A stretch of DNA of 64,000 nt from Candidatus Nanohalobium sp. (GTDB lineage: Archaea > Nanohalarchaeota > Nanosalinia > Nanosalinales > Nanosalinaceae), in assembly GCA_042217555.1 (NCBI GenBank), contig JBDGSL010000033.1, forward strand, positions 865 through 64,864, in the 5' to 3' direction. Below the pieces are notes generated by a model. The model searched no databases. It had not been told where the DNA came from and saw nothing but the letters and a program-made list of their open reading frames with translations. This document shows positions 46,490-56,770 of the stretch, in pieces (positions within the stretch are counted from its first letter, which is position 1; each line of letters starts with the position of its first letter). Position numbers and translations under genes: made by a program.

Positions 46490-47575
46490 TTAGAAGTCAT
46501 CCAGTCTGCTCTGTCCTTCTGTTTCCTTCAAATCCTTTACTCTGAGACCTATCCTTCTAACTTCTCCTTCGAAATCCTTCAGGAACTGTTCAAGAAGTTT
46601 TTCTCCCCTCCGGATAACCGCTTCTTCGTTCTGTACATAGCTCTTCAACGTAGTGGTCCTCGTATACATCTCTATCTCTGTATCTATCACTACAAGCGAG
46701 GCTTTCCGGAAGCCCACGCCTTTCTCCTCTGCCTTCTCAATTATCTCCTCCGCAAGGCCGGGAAAGTATTTTTCTATGTACGAGGCTCTGCTCGAGTTCT
46801 CTGCAAGAGTAGTTATCCTCGTGATCTGCTTCTGATCTTTCTCCTCTACCTCTGAATCATCCTTTCCCTGTGCCTTCCTCTTCAACTTCACTCCCTGTTT
46901 CTCTCCGAACTCCCTGACTAAAAGAGATTCGTCGGTCTCAGCCAGATCCTCCACAGAGTTTATTCCCAAGTCCTCAAGCTTTCCAACGGTCTTGTCTCCG
47001 ATCCCATGTATATCTCCCCGCTCCAGGTTATGCATGAACTCCTCGACTTCTTCCGGTCTGACGACAGTTAATCCTTCGGGCTTCTCCCTGTCTGAGGCTA
47101 TCTTCGCCACAAGTCTGTTTGGAGCTACTCCAATGGAACACGTCAACTGAAACTTTTCCAAAACTTCTTCCTGGATTTCCACAGCTTTTTCATGGGCCTT
47201 ATCGATATCTGCCTCTATCTCCAGATATGCCTCGTCGATCGACGCCTGCTCGATTCTATCCGAATACTCCTCGAGTATATCCTTCCTTATACTGTCCGAC
47301 ACTTCCCGGTAATACCCGCGTTCCATAGACACGAAGTTCACATCTTCCCCAGATTCTTCCGCAATATCCTTCGCCCTGCTTATAGGCATTGCCGCGTGTA
47401 TACCAAGTTCTCGTGCATCGTAGCTGCATGTTGAAACCGCTCCGGAATCCTCCGACCTCCCGGAGTAGACGCAGACAACGACAGGGCCTTCCAGGTCCTT
47501 CCTGTTCCTCTCGACCGAGGCAAAGAACGCGTCCATGTCGATATGTAAGATAGTTTTTTCAGTTTTCATGGCCAA
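46490..47575 (-). CDS. dinB: Y-family DNA polymerase IV
   Basis: HIDMDAFFASVE, SIDEAY, SIGVAPN..AKIAS, IHGIG. Confidence 0.93.
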   Translation of the reverse strand: MAMKTEKTILHIDMDAFFASVERNRKDLEGPVVVCVYSGRSEDSGAVSTCSYDARELGIHAAMPISRAKDIAEESGEDVNFVSMERGYYREVSDSIRKDILEEYSDRIEQASIDEAYLEIEADIDKAHEKAVEIQEEVLEKFQLTCSIGVAPNRLVAKIASDREKPEGLTVVRPEEVEEFMHNLERGDIHGIGDKTVGKLEDLGINSVEDLAETDESLLVREFGEKQGVKLKRKAQGKDDSEVEEKDQKQITRITTLAENSSRASYIEKYFPGLAEEIIEKAEEKGVGFRKASLVVIDTEIEMYTRTTTLKSYVQNEEAVIRRGEKLLEQFLKDFEGEVRRIGLRVKDLKETEGQSRLDDF

Positions 47576-47661
47576 GAATGGTTTTCAAGATTTACGGATT
47601 TTGGGTTCTGCGGAAAAAGGTTTTAACCTGTGCATGTATTACTTTGTATTATCTGGTAGCA

Positions 47662-48621
47662 ATGAAAGCAGTTATTCTTGCAGGAGGCCATGCCACACGC
47701 CTGTGGCCGATCACGAAAAACCGTGCTAAACCACTTCTACCACTGGGAGAGAGGCCGATAATAGACTATATAGTTGAAGATTTGGATGAAGTTGATGAAG
47801 TGATTATATCGACCAATGCAAAGTTTTCTGCCAACTTTGAAAGGTACGCCGAGGAGTTTGACAGGGATAATGTCCGAGTAGTAGTAGAGGACCAGGACTC
47901 CGAGGATGATAAACCGGGTACAATCGGTGCTATACTGAAGATGCTTGACCAAGAGGATCTTAAGGATGATCTCTTGATTGTGGGCGGAGACAATATCTAC
48001 AGCTTTGACATCGGCGACTTCATAGATTTCGCCAAGGACAGAGGCCCTGCAAACGTTGTCTACGATGTGAAGGACTTTGAGATGGCTTCCAGCTTCGGTA
48101 TAGTAGATACTGAAGACGATGAAATAGTAGGCTTTGAGGAGAAGCCTGAGGAACCTCCTTCAACCCTTGCATCGACCGCGTGCTATTACTTCCCAGAGGA
48201 ACATGTCGACCTGTTCAAGAAGTATGAAGAGCACTTCAAGGAGACAGACGTTCCGAAAGAGCAGTATCTGGATGAGCCAGGCCGCTTGATTGAGTGGGCA
48301 CATCAAAAGGTTGACATGTACGCCTACAGCTTTGACGGCCACTGGTTCGACATAGGGACCCGGAAAGGATACCTGAAAGCAATAGCAGAAGTCACTGACG
48401 GAAACACCATAGAAGGAGAAACTTTAGGCTGTGAAATAGGTGAAAACGTCGTAGTTATGGACGGCGCAGAACTGGAAAATGTCGCGGTAGAGAACTCCAT
48501 AATCTTCTCGAACTCCAAGATAAAAGACTCAGAAGTCAGAAACTCCCTAGTCGACAAGAACTGTGATATACAGGATACCGACCTCAACAAGGCCATCATC
48601 GGAGAGCATACCACTCTCTGA
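47662..48621 (+). CDS. sugar-phosphate nucleotidyltransferase
   Basis: MKAVILAGGHATRLWPIT..KPLLP, GGDN, EEKP, WFDIGT. Confidence 0.9.
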   Translation: MKAVILAGGHATRLWPITKNRAKPLLPLGERPIIDYIVEDLDEVDEVIISTNAKFSANFERYAEEFDRDNVRVVVEDQDSEDDKPGTIGAILKMLDQEDLKDDLLIVGGDNIYSFDIGDFIDFAKDRGPANVVYDVKDFEMASSFGIVDTEDDEIVGFEEKPEEPPSTLASTACYYFPEEHVDLFKKYEEHFKETDVPKEQYLDEPGRLIEWAHQKVDMYAYSFDGHWFDIGTRKGYLKAIAEVTDGNTIEGETLGCEIGENVVVMDGAELENVAVENSIIFSNSKIKDSEVRNSLVDKNCDIQDTDLNKAIIGEHTTL

Positions 48622-48627
48622 TTCCTT

Positions 48628-49491
48628 TTACTTCACCTGCGTATTTTCGATATTATCCAGCCTTTCATCAAGAGGAGGGTGAGTCGAGAAGTACTTTGTG
48701 ATGGAGTCCGAGGAGAAAGGGTTTTCTATGAACAGGTTGGCTCCCGCCTCCTGCTGCCTTGAGACATGCCGCCGCGGTTTCCGTGAAGCGTAATCGTTTA
48801 TCTTCTGAAGCGCCGAGGAAAGCCCCTGACGACTGCCCGATATCTTTACCGCGTCGCTGTCGGCCCTGAACTCCATGGAACGTGAGACAGCCAGTCTGAT
48901 TACCGTGGCGATTATCGGCACCAGGACCATCAACGCCAGCGCGGAGAACATCTCGCCGTCCTCCTCCCTCCCCGTGAAGATCGAGGACCAGAAAGCCATC
49001 TCCGCCAGCAAGCCTAAAGCACCGGCTATAGTCGCGACTACAGCATTCACAAGAGTGTCACGGTTCTTTATGTGGGCGAGCTCGTGGGCGATTACTCCTT
49101 CAATCTCCTTCTCGTTCAGCACGTTGAGAAGTCCCTGCGTCACGCAGACAACTCCTTTCTCGGGGTTCCTCCCTGTGGCGAAGGCGTTAGGCGCTTCCAT
49201 GTCGTTGATGTAGACTCGGGGCTTCGGAACGCCTGCTTCACGTGAAAGCCTCTCCACCATACTGTGTATATCAGAGTGTTCTTCTTCGGAAAGTTCCTGC
49301 GCGCCGTACATCTTCAAGACTAGTTTGTCGGAAAACCAGTAGCTTCCCAGGTTCATCAGTCCGGCGAAAACCAGGCCGATAACCATGCCTCCAGTCCCAC
49401 CCAGTATGTAGCCTGTTCCGAGGAATACACCTGTCAGTATCGATAGAAGCGTGAATATCTTGAAGTTGGCCTTCAGTCCGCTGCTCACCAT
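48628..49491 (-). CDS. htpX: HtpX Zn metalloprotease
   Basis: PNAFATG, AHELAH, EFRAD, FSTHPP. Confidence 0.93.
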   Translation of the reverse strand: MVSSGLKANFKIFTLLSILTGVFLGTGYILGGTGGMVIGLVFAGLMNLGSYWFSDKLVLKMYGAQELSEEEHSDIHSMVERLSREAGVPKPRVYINDMEAPNAFATGRNPEKGVVCVTQGLLNVLNEKEIEGVIAHELAHIKNRDTLVNAVVATIAGALGLLAEMAFWSSIFTGREEDGEMFSALALMVLVPIIATVIRLAVSRSMEFRADSDAVKISGSRQGLSSALQKINDYASRKPRRHVSRQQEAGANLFIENPFSSDSITKYFSTHPPLDERLDNIENTQVK

Positions 49492-49517
49492 AATAACTCA
49501 AATGCCCATCATCTTAT

Positions 49518-49816
49518 TTACCGTTAACCATTTCACCTGAGTACTTCGCCATCACATCCGCCTCGACGTTAACCTCGTCTCCAACAGATTTTTTCCCGAA
49601 AGACTGGTCTTCTCCCATGTCTCAAGGATAATCGTCACAGAAAACGAATCTTCCGAAACCTCAGTTACAGTCAGGCCGATACCTTCTAAGGCTACAAAAC
49701 CCCTCTCAACGATGAACCGGGAAATCCTCTCGGGTGTGGAAAAGGTAAAGTTCCATCCTTCAGAACATTCTGCGTCTCCAGCTCTATCCTGTTTCCTCAA
49801 CCCGTCCAGTGAACAT
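49518..49816 (-). pseudogene. ribC: riboflavin synthase alpha-type remnant (large deletion plus frameshift)
   Basis: MFTGRVEETG start joined to GFVALEGIGLTV..IILETWEKT / VGDEVNVEADVMAKY. Confidence 0.8.
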
Positions 49817-49868
49817 ATAGTCGGATTCCCGAAAAGAATTCTTATAACTGGCTAAAAAATTATTACCT

Positions 49869-50312
49869 ATGTCTGCAGAAAAGTTCAGAGTAGTCGTCAA
49901 CGCCATAACCACGTACAGAGGAAAAATCCTTCTAGGAAAGAAAGAAGAAAAAGAAGGACATCCCATCAGCGGGGAATGGCACTTTCCGGGAGGCCACATA
50001 GACGAAGATGAAGAACCGGAAGAAGCAGTCAAAAGAGAGATCAAAGAAGAGACAGGATTGGAAGTAGAAGTACATCAGATAGTCGATGCCACGGCCAACA
50101 CATGGAGAGACACAGAAGACGCGCCTGTCCAGATAATCTACCACTGCGAGGCACAGAACAACGATGCAGAAGCCGCAGACGACCTGGAAAAAGTAGAATG
50201 GGTAGAGACATCAGATATAGACAGAAAACTGGGGAAAGAATCATCCAAGAAACTGGAGAATAGAGAAGAAGTCAAGAAACTGATAGAAAGAATTGAGAAA
50301 GCTCCTTTCTAG
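49869..50312 (+). CDS. NUDIX hydrolase
   Basis: FPGGHIDEDEEPEEAVKREIKEETG. Confidence 0.92.
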   Translation: MSAEKFRVVVNAITTYRGKILLGKKEEKEGHPISGEWHFPGGHIDEDEEPEEAVKREIKEETGLEVEVHQIVDATANTWRDTEDAPVQIIYHCEAQNNDAEAADDLEKVEWVETSDIDRKLGKESSKKLENREEVKKLIERIEKAPF

Positions 50313-50359
50313 ATAAAACTATCTTCTGAGTTTTCCTTTACTTTTGTTGCACATGAAGC

Positions 50360-50488
50360 TTATTCGACTGCTGCATCTTCAAGAGCCTTCCTTGCTTCTT
50401 GCTTTAGTTTTTCTGCAGACTTATCAGATTCCCGAAGGCATTCTGTGTGTTTTCTAAGACTCTTTACTGCATCATCATATAGAGCCAT
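50360..50488 (-). CDS. possible 42-aa helical peptide (below ORF-track cutoff)
   Basis: MALYDDAVKSLRKHTECLRESDKSAEKLKQEARKALEDAAVE. Confidence 0.3.
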   Translation of the reverse strand: MALYDDAVKSLRKHTECLRESDKSAEKLKQEARKALEDAAVE

Positions 50489-50661
50489 AATTTCAACTTT
50501 TATTTCAATCAATAAATATTTTTAGACTCCTATTTACGCCTTCATGGGCATGTTACCCTGGTACCTGGCAGTTTATGAGATTACGTTCGGTGGGATGCTC
50601 TGCCTGTAGGATTCTTTTAACTTTCACACCTCTATCTTTCTACAACTGCAGCTGGCAAATT

Positions 50662-52098
50662 ATGACACTGAAACTGTACAATACCCTGACCCGTGAGAAG
50701 GAAGAGTTTAAACCGAAGGAAGAGGGAAAGGTAAGGTTTTACAGCTGTGGGCAGACTATCTACGATGACCTCCATATCGGGAACGCCCGGGCTTACGTCG
50801 CATGGGACACGCTGACAAGATACCTGCGGTGGAAGGGTTACACCGTCAGACACGTTCAGAACATAACGGATGTAGGGCATTTGACTGATGACGGTGATCA
50901 GGGAGAGGACAAGGTCGAGAAAAGAGCCAGAGAGATGAGTATGGAGCCTATGGAGCTTGTTGAGGATCAGATAGAACGTTACTTTGAGGATACGAAGGCT
51001 TTGAACATCAGGAGGCAGGATATCGTTCCCCGGGCGACAGGCCACATCAATGAGATGATCAACTATGTTCAGAAGATAATTGACAACGGCTACGCTTACG
51101 AGGTCGAGAGCAACATCTACTTCGATGTCGAGGCCTTTGCTGAGGATTATCCTTATGGGGAAATGGCGAACAAGGATGTCGAGCAGTTGAAGGATGAGGC
51201 CAGGAGCCGGGTTGAACCTGATGACAGGAAGAAGAACCAGTTTGATTTCGCCCTCTGGTTGAACGCCGATGAATCCCACCTGATGAAGTGGAATGCGAAG
51301 TTCGAGGTAGACGGCGAGTTAGTTGAATCTGTTGGTTATCCTGGCTGGCATATAGAGTGCAGCGTTATGAGTCAGAAGTACCTTGGCGACGAGTTCGATA
51401 TCCATGCAGGAGGAAAGGATCACATCTTTCCGCATCACCCGAATGAGCGGGCGCAGTGCTTCGCCGCTACTGGAGAGGGTCAGGCAAGGTACTGGTTGCA
51501 TAACGAGTTTATCCAGGTGGAGGGTGAGAAGATGTCTAAGTCTGAAGGTAATTTTTATACTGTCCGTGAGTTGCTGGATGAAGGTTTTTCCGGTGACGCG
51601 GTAAGGCTGTACCTTGTTTCGTCTCATTACCGGAGTGAGACGGATTTCTCACGGGAAGGACTGGAGAAGGCTGAGAAGGAGGTTAGGAAGGCTCGGAGGA
51701 CTGTGCAGCGTATCAGGAAGGACTCGGGCAGTGAGATGATGGATGTCGTTGACCTGGAGGAAAGTTTTGAAGAGTTTATGGATGACGATCTGGGTACTGC
51801 AAGGGCGAAGCAGGAGTTGATGGAGTTTGTTTCACGGGCGAACTCCCGTCTGGAGATGGGGGAGTTGCTGGATACTGAGGTAGCTGAGAAGATTGAAGAG
51901 CTTTTTGCAGTACTTGGCGTGGATCTTGAATCAGGTATCTCTGACTCTGAGAGATTAATGGCGGATACTCTTGTGGAGCTGAGGGAGGACGCGAGAAAGG
52001 AGGCTGATTACGAGACAGCTGATATGATCCGTGACCGGCTTCAGGAACTTGGCTTCCAGATTGAGGACGTGGAGGATGGCAGCACCTGGCTGAAGTAA
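50662..52098 (+). CDS. cysS: cysteinyl-tRNA synthetase
   Basis: CGQTIYD..HIGN, PGWHIECS, HHPNE, KMSKS. Confidence 0.97.
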   Translation: MTLKLYNTLTREKEEFKPKEEGKVRFYSCGQTIYDDLHIGNARAYVAWDTLTRYLRWKGYTVRHVQNITDVGHLTDDGDQGEDKVEKRAREMSMEPMELVEDQIERYFEDTKALNIRRQDIVPRATGHINEMINYVQKIIDNGYAYEVESNIYFDVEAFAEDYPYGEMANKDVEQLKDEARSRVEPDDRKKNQFDFALWLNADESHLMKWNAKFEVDGELVESVGYPGWHIECSVMSQKYLGDEFDIHAGGKDHIFPHHPNERAQCFAATGEGQARYWLHNEFIQVEGEKMSKSEGNFYTVRELLDEGFSGDAVRLYLVSSHYRSETDFSREGLEKAEKEVRKARRTVQRIRKDSGSEMMDVVDLEESFEEFMDDDLGTARAKQELMEFVSRANSRLEMGELLDTEVAEKIEELFAVLGVDLESGISDSERLMADTLVELREDARKEADYETADMIRDRLQELGFQIEDVEDGSTWLK

Positions 52099-52168
52099 GT
52101 TTCCAGGGAAGAAGGAGGTAAGAACAGAAAATAATGTGTTAACAGGTAAATGGGGTAGGATAGAGTGT

Positions 52169-52324
52169 TTACTGTTCTTTGCTGCCGTGTTTCTCCTTCA
52201 GTTCTTCCTTTTTCTGTTGTTTCCTGTCTGCCTGTTCCTGGAAGATTTCCTGTGCTCTTTCGTCGCTGATTCCCAGCATGTCTTTGGCTTTCTGCTTCTG
52301 TTTTTCAGCCTTGTCTCGTCCCAT
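52169..52324 (-). CDS. 51-aa charged small protein (not in ORF track)
   Basis: MGRDKAEKQKQKAKDMLGISDERAQEIFQEQADRKQQKKEELKEKHGSKEQ; host-like codons; co-oriented with the upstream DHH gene. Confidence 0.6.
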   Translation of the reverse strand: MGRDKAEKQKQKAKDMLGISDERAQEIFQEQADRKQQKKEELKEKHGSKEQ

Positions 52325-52377
52325 AACAGGAAACAATTTGTAAGCCCTGTTTTAAACAGTTTGTCCCTGCTCTCTGT

Positions 52378-53502
52378 TCAGTCAACTATCCTGAGGAAGT
52401 TGGATTTGAACTCTGGGTAGTACTCTTCTGGCATGGATGCTCCCGCTGCCTTCCTGTGGCCTCCGGCTTCTGCTCCCTCCTTCTTGGCTTTCTCTGGCAA
52501 TGCCTTTTGCAGGAGTTCCCCGAGGTCAACCCTTCCGGACTGGCACCGGGCCGAGATATTGACTTCCTCCGGGTCTTTCTGCACCACGAGATGTATCCAT
52601 TCAGGTGTCTTGGTGGACATGTTTGTAGCTATCGAGGAGTTGATGTTGAACTCGCTGTCCAGCTCGAAGAATATGATCATTTTATCCCGGTTTATCTCTC
52701 TTTCCTCCTCGTAGTTCTCCAGTATCCTGTTGAACTCGTCCTGCATCTCAAGGTAGACCTGGTAGACCTGTCTGTACTCTTCCTGGGCCTCTAGCTCTTT
52801 CAAGTCCTCTGATTTCATCAGGGCTTCGTAAGCAAGCTTGGCGAAATGTTTGGAATCCCTGTACGGCTTGATATTCAGTACTGAGGAATACCTTCCGTAT
52901 TCACAGTTCTTGGCAAGCTGCTGCTGGTTCAGGTCTTCTGGAAGGTATTTCTCGTATTTTTCATCCAGTTCCTCGAAAAGTTCAGGGCAGGAATCAACTC
53001 CGAAGTCCTGTATCACACCCAGCCCTGCTATCCATCTCAGCTCATCTTTCAAACCGAACTCCTCTGATATATCAAGGCAAACCTTGCTGCAGGGAACATA
53101 GACATCCGAATCGAACTCACGGGGATTCACGAAAGGAACCTCAGGCACACGGTCAAAGCTGTGGTGGTCGACGACAAGAACCTGCACACCGTAATCCTTC
53201 CTCACTTCCTCCAGTTCATCAGCAGCCAGGTTGAAATCAAGAACGATCAACCTGTCCACATCCTTGATCTTCTCCCTGTCCTTCTCGGAAAGATGGTACG
53301 CCCTTTCCTCAGGTATCGAAACCCAGTCAGCAGGTCCTCCCCGAACTTTCTCAAGTATCTTCGAGATTATCACCGAGGAAGACGTGCCATCCATGTCCCA
53401 GTGATGGATAATCCCGATATTTTCATCTTCTTCAGCTTTTTCAAGAAACTCTACCGCCGGCTCAAGTTTTTCCGAGTCCATAGAGAAACACTCAGACCTC
53501 AA
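52378..53502 (-). CDS. DHH/DHHA1 phosphoesterase (RecJ-like)
   Basis: HHWDMDG, LDF, DHH, SAR, GGHRKAAG. Confidence 0.88.
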   Translation of the reverse strand: MRSECFSMDSEKLEPAVEFLEKAEEDENIGIIHHWDMDGTSSSVIISKILEKVRGGPADWVSIPEERAYHLSEKDREKIKDVDRLIVLDFNLAADELEEVRKDYGVQVLVVDHHSFDRVPEVPFVNPREFDSDVYVPCSKVCLDISEEFGLKDELRWIAGLGVIQDFGVDSCPELFEELDEKYEKYLPEDLNQQQLAKNCEYGRYSSVLNIKPYRDSKHFAKLAYEALMKSEDLKELEAQEEYRQVYQVYLEMQDEFNRILENYEEEREINRDKMIIFFELDSEFNINSSIATNMSTKTPEWIHLVVQKDPEEVNISARCQSGRVDLGELLQKALPEKAKKEGAEAGGHRKAAGASMPEEYYPEFKSNFLRIVD

Positions 53503-53544
53503 AAGATTTTAACCAACGGGGAAAACAAAGAGAAAAAACCGGGG

Positions 53545-56500
53545 TCAACAATCAACCGGCCCGGAAAAGCTGAACCCGGCTCTTCTACCCTTAAACTCGA
53601 CCTCCCCGGAATACTCATACTCCTTACCACCGAAGTCCAGTCCAGCAAGATTCACCCTGGAACAAACCTCATCCTCATGCTGCTCCAAAACCTCTGTATC
53701 ACCGGAGAACGAAAGATTCACCCGGTCATCTACTTCAAGACCGGCCTCCTTCCGCTTCTGCTGGATGGCCCGGAGGACTTCAGAGACGAAGGCTTCGTCC
53801 TCAAGTTCGGAGGTCATTTCGTCGTCTAGGTAGACTGTTCCTTCAGAGAACTCTTCTCCATCCATCTCTTCCGGTACGTGAGTCCTTATATCGAACATGC
53901 CAGGTGAGAGACTGTGTCCTTCGATTTCGACTTCCTCTCCGTTTTCAACCTTCTCAGCTACTTCTCTGTGGTTCATCTCTGCAAGGGTTGATTCTACTTC
54001 TTCCACGTCTCCACCAAGTTCTGGCCCGGCTTTGCTATAGTTCAGTTTCACCTCGTAGTCAAGCTCAACCTTCTCGAACTCTACATTTTTGGCATTAAGC
54101 CGTTCCTCCAGCAGTTCTTGAAGGCTGTCTACTGTACGTTCTACTTCGTCGTTTCCTGATACCGTGACCTTCCTGACAGGGTGTCTCAGTTTCACTCCGT
54201 TCTCCTGTCGAAGCCTTGCAACTGCTTCCTGTATGTCCTGGAACAGCTCCATGTTCCTCTCAAGCTCTTCATCGATTAACTCTTCATCTACTTCAGGATA
54301 ATCCTCCAGATGGATTGACTGTTCTCTATCCCAGTGATAATCCGCAAAGTAGGGTGTGAAAGGTGCAAGTACTTTCAGCAACTGGTCCGTAACGGTTCGC
54401 AGCGTCCACTCGGCTGCCTGCCTGTCATCTCCGTCATAGCCAGATTTAAGCCTGTCTCTGATCATCTTGATGTAACTCCGGGAAAGATCGTTGGCTGCGA
54501 AGTCCTCGATAGCGTTGACTGCCTTAAACGCTGTGAAATGGGGTTCTGAGGAGTACTTCTTCACTTCTCTGATCATAGTGTTGAGCCGGGAGAGAATCCA
54601 TTCATCTTCTAGTTCAAGGTTATCCGGCCTCTCTGCCTCTGTTGTGTAAGTATCCTTGTACTCGTAGGTGTTCCAGAGAAGGTTCATGAAGTCGAAGCTT
54701 TCTTCCACTTCATCCCACTCCCAGCTCCAGTCCTCGGAGACATCCTTTGTCAGGATGTAGTACCTCATCAGGTCCCTTCCATAATCCTCGATAACTTCCT
54801 CCGGACGGACAACTATTCCCTTGGACTTGGACATCTCCTGTCCCTCAAGCTTCACCTTGCCGTGGTAGACAACGTTGTCGAAAGGACGGGTATCGTGGGT
54901 CATGATAGAGGTGATGAACTGGCTGTTCCACCATCCGCGGATCTGGTCGAAACCTTCCTCTTCAAGGTCGACCGGGCCTTCCTCCTCAAACGTGAAGTCG
55001 ACATCCGGATGCTTCAGAGAAGCCCATGGCGCGACACCAGAGTCAAACCAGACATCCAGCACATCGGGTATGCGTTCCATAGTTCCGCCGCACTCTTCAC
55101 ATTCCAAAGTTACTTGGTCAATGTACGGTCTGTGAAGATCGTCAAGATCTTCCGGCAACTCGTCTCTTGATCCTACTACATGCGTGTGATCGCAGTCGTT
55201 GCACTCCCAGATCGGTAGAGGGATACCCCAGTAACGCTGCCGTGAGACAGGCCAGTCACCGAGCTGTTCAAGCCACTCTCCGAACTTGTCTCCAGCCCAG
55301 TCAGGAACCCAGTTAACCTTATCGTTTTCCTCAAGAAGCCGGTCGCGGAACTGTGTAGCTCCGAAGAACCACTGCGGGATTGAAAGCTGGAGTAGTGGTG
55401 TGTCACATCTCCAGCACTTCGGATACTCATGGTTTATACTTCCCGAGAACAGGAGGCTTCCTTTCTCCTTAAGATCGGCTTTGATTTCTTCGTCGGCATC
55501 CTTGACGAATTTACCCTCGTACTTTCCAGCTTCCTCAGTATAATGGCCTTTCAGGTCGACAGGTGAGATCTTAGGAAGGTCTTCTTCCTGTCCGACTTCA
55601 TAGTCCTCCTTACCGTGGCCCGGCGCTGAATGCACCAGCCCTGTTCCTCCGGAAAGATCGACGTAGCGTTCGGAAAGAACAACTCTTCCCTGAACATCCT
55701 GCTGGGCAGGTACCTCCTCTTCAAGAGGGTGTTCGTATTCTATATCTTCTAAGTCTTCCCCTTTGACAGTCTTGACTACTTTGTACTCATCTTCCTTGTA
55801 GCCAAACTTGTCCATGATGTCTTCCAATAGTTCGGTGGCCATCCAGACCTTCCTGCCGTTGAACTCGACTAGCGAGTATTCGAATCCTGGGTGGACCATT
55901 ACTCCTGTGTTGGATGGAATCGTCCATGGAGTTGTAGTCCAGATCATCAGTTCCTCCTCCGAACCCTTAACCGGTAGAGTGACGTAGACCTCTGGATCTT
56001 CCTTGTCCATGTACTCTACCTCGTTGTACGCTACGGCCGTCTCACACCGGGTGCAGACATGGACAGGGTAACTGTCTTCGTATAGGAATCCTTTCTCGTG
56101 TGCCTGTTCGAATGTCTCCCAGGCACCTTCTATGTAGTAGTTGTGGAAGGTAAGGTATGGGTTCTCCCAGTCCATCCAGACGCCCATATCCTTGAAGTCA
56201 TCATTCATATCGTCGATGTACTTTGTAGCAAAGTCTTTGCATTCAGAGATAAAGTTAGCGACCCCGAAGTCTTCGATATCCTGTTTAGATGTGAATCCTT
56301 CCTGCTCCTCAACCTTGTTCTCGATCGGCAGTCCGTGGGTGTCGTAACCCGGCTGTGCGTGGACGTAGTAGCCGTTCATACGGTGGAAACGGATGAAGTA
56401 ATCCTTCAGAATCTTACCCATCGCCGTACCCATATGCATTGAGCCTGTAGCGTACGGCGGGCCGTCGAGGAAGTAGAATATCTCGCCGTCTTCCCTGTTC

Positions 56501-56586
56501 TTGTTTAAAGCCTCTCTTCTAGTGTTTTCTTCACTCCATTTTTGCCTGACCTGGTTCTCCACTTTTTCAGGGTCGTAATCAGTCAT
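53545..56586 (-). CDS. ileS: isoleucyl-tRNA synthetase
   Basis: DGPPYATGSMHMG, WTTTPWT, GTGLVHSAPGHG, SRQRYWG, EMSKS. Confidence 0.97.
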   Translation of the reverse strand: MTDYDPEKVENQVRQKWSEENTRREALNKNREDGEIFYFLDGPPYATGSMHMGTAMGKILKDYFIRFHRMNGYYVHAQPGYDTHGLPIENKVEEQEGFTSKQDIEDFGVANFISECKDFATKYIDDMNDDFKDMGVWMDWENPYLTFHNYYIEGAWETFEQAHEKGFLYEDSYPVHVCTRCETAVAYNEVEYMDKEDPEVYVTLPVKGSEEELMIWTTTPWTIPSNTGVMVHPGFEYSLVEFNGRKVWMATELLEDIMDKFGYKEDEYKVVKTVKGEDLEDIEYEHPLEEEVPAQQDVQGRVVLSERYVDLSGGTGLVHSAPGHGKEDYEVGQEEDLPKISPVDLKGHYTEEAGKYEGKFVKDADEEIKADLKEKGSLLFSGSINHEYPKCWRCDTPLLQLSIPQWFFGATQFRDRLLEENDKVNWVPDWAGDKFGEWLEQLGDWPVSRQRYWGIPLPIWECNDCDHTHVVGSRDELPEDLDDLHRPYIDQVTLECEECGGTMERIPDVLDVWFDSGVAPWASLKHPDVDFTFEEEGPVDLEEEGFDQIRGWWNSQFITSIMTHDTRPFDNVVYHGKVKLEGQEMSKSKGIVVRPEEVIEDYGRDLMRYYILTKDVSEDWSWEWDEVEESFDFMNLLWNTYEYKDTYTTEAERPDNLELEDEWILSRLNTMIREVKKYSSEPHFTAFKAVNAIEDFAANDLSRSYIKMIRDRLKSGYDGDDRQAAEWTLRTVTDQLLKVLAPFTPYFADYHWDREQSIHLEDYPEVDEELIDEELERNMELFQDIQEAVARLRQENGVKLRHPVRKVTVSGNDEVERTVDSLQELLEERLNAKNVEFEKVELDYEVKLNYSKAGPELGGDVEEVESTLAEMNHREVAEKVENGEEVEIEGHSLSPGMFDIRTHVPEEMDGEEFSEGTVYLDDEMTSELEDEAFVSEVLRAIQQKRKEAGLEVDDRVNLSFSGDTEVLEQHEDEVCSRVNLAGLDFGGKEYEYSGEVEFKGRRAGFSFSGPVDC

Positions 56587-56627
56587 GAATCGAAGAACGG
56601 CTCTGAAATTTAAAAGTATTTTTTAGT

Positions 56628-56770
56628 CCGGTATCTTAACGAACTTGATCCTCTTCTCCTCGAATCCTTTCTCGCGGTAGAACTTTACGACACCGCTGTC
56701 TTTGCCCTTCTCTCAGTTGGCCTCCGGCCATCATGTAGTTGGCGTCCGCCCTCAGCTCGTCGACTTCACA
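56628..56770 (-). pseudogene. possible GNAT acetyltransferase remnant
   Basis: Frame fragment KDSGVVKFYREKGFEEKRIKF resembles the GNAT C-terminal motif; no intact ORF. Confidence 0.25.
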
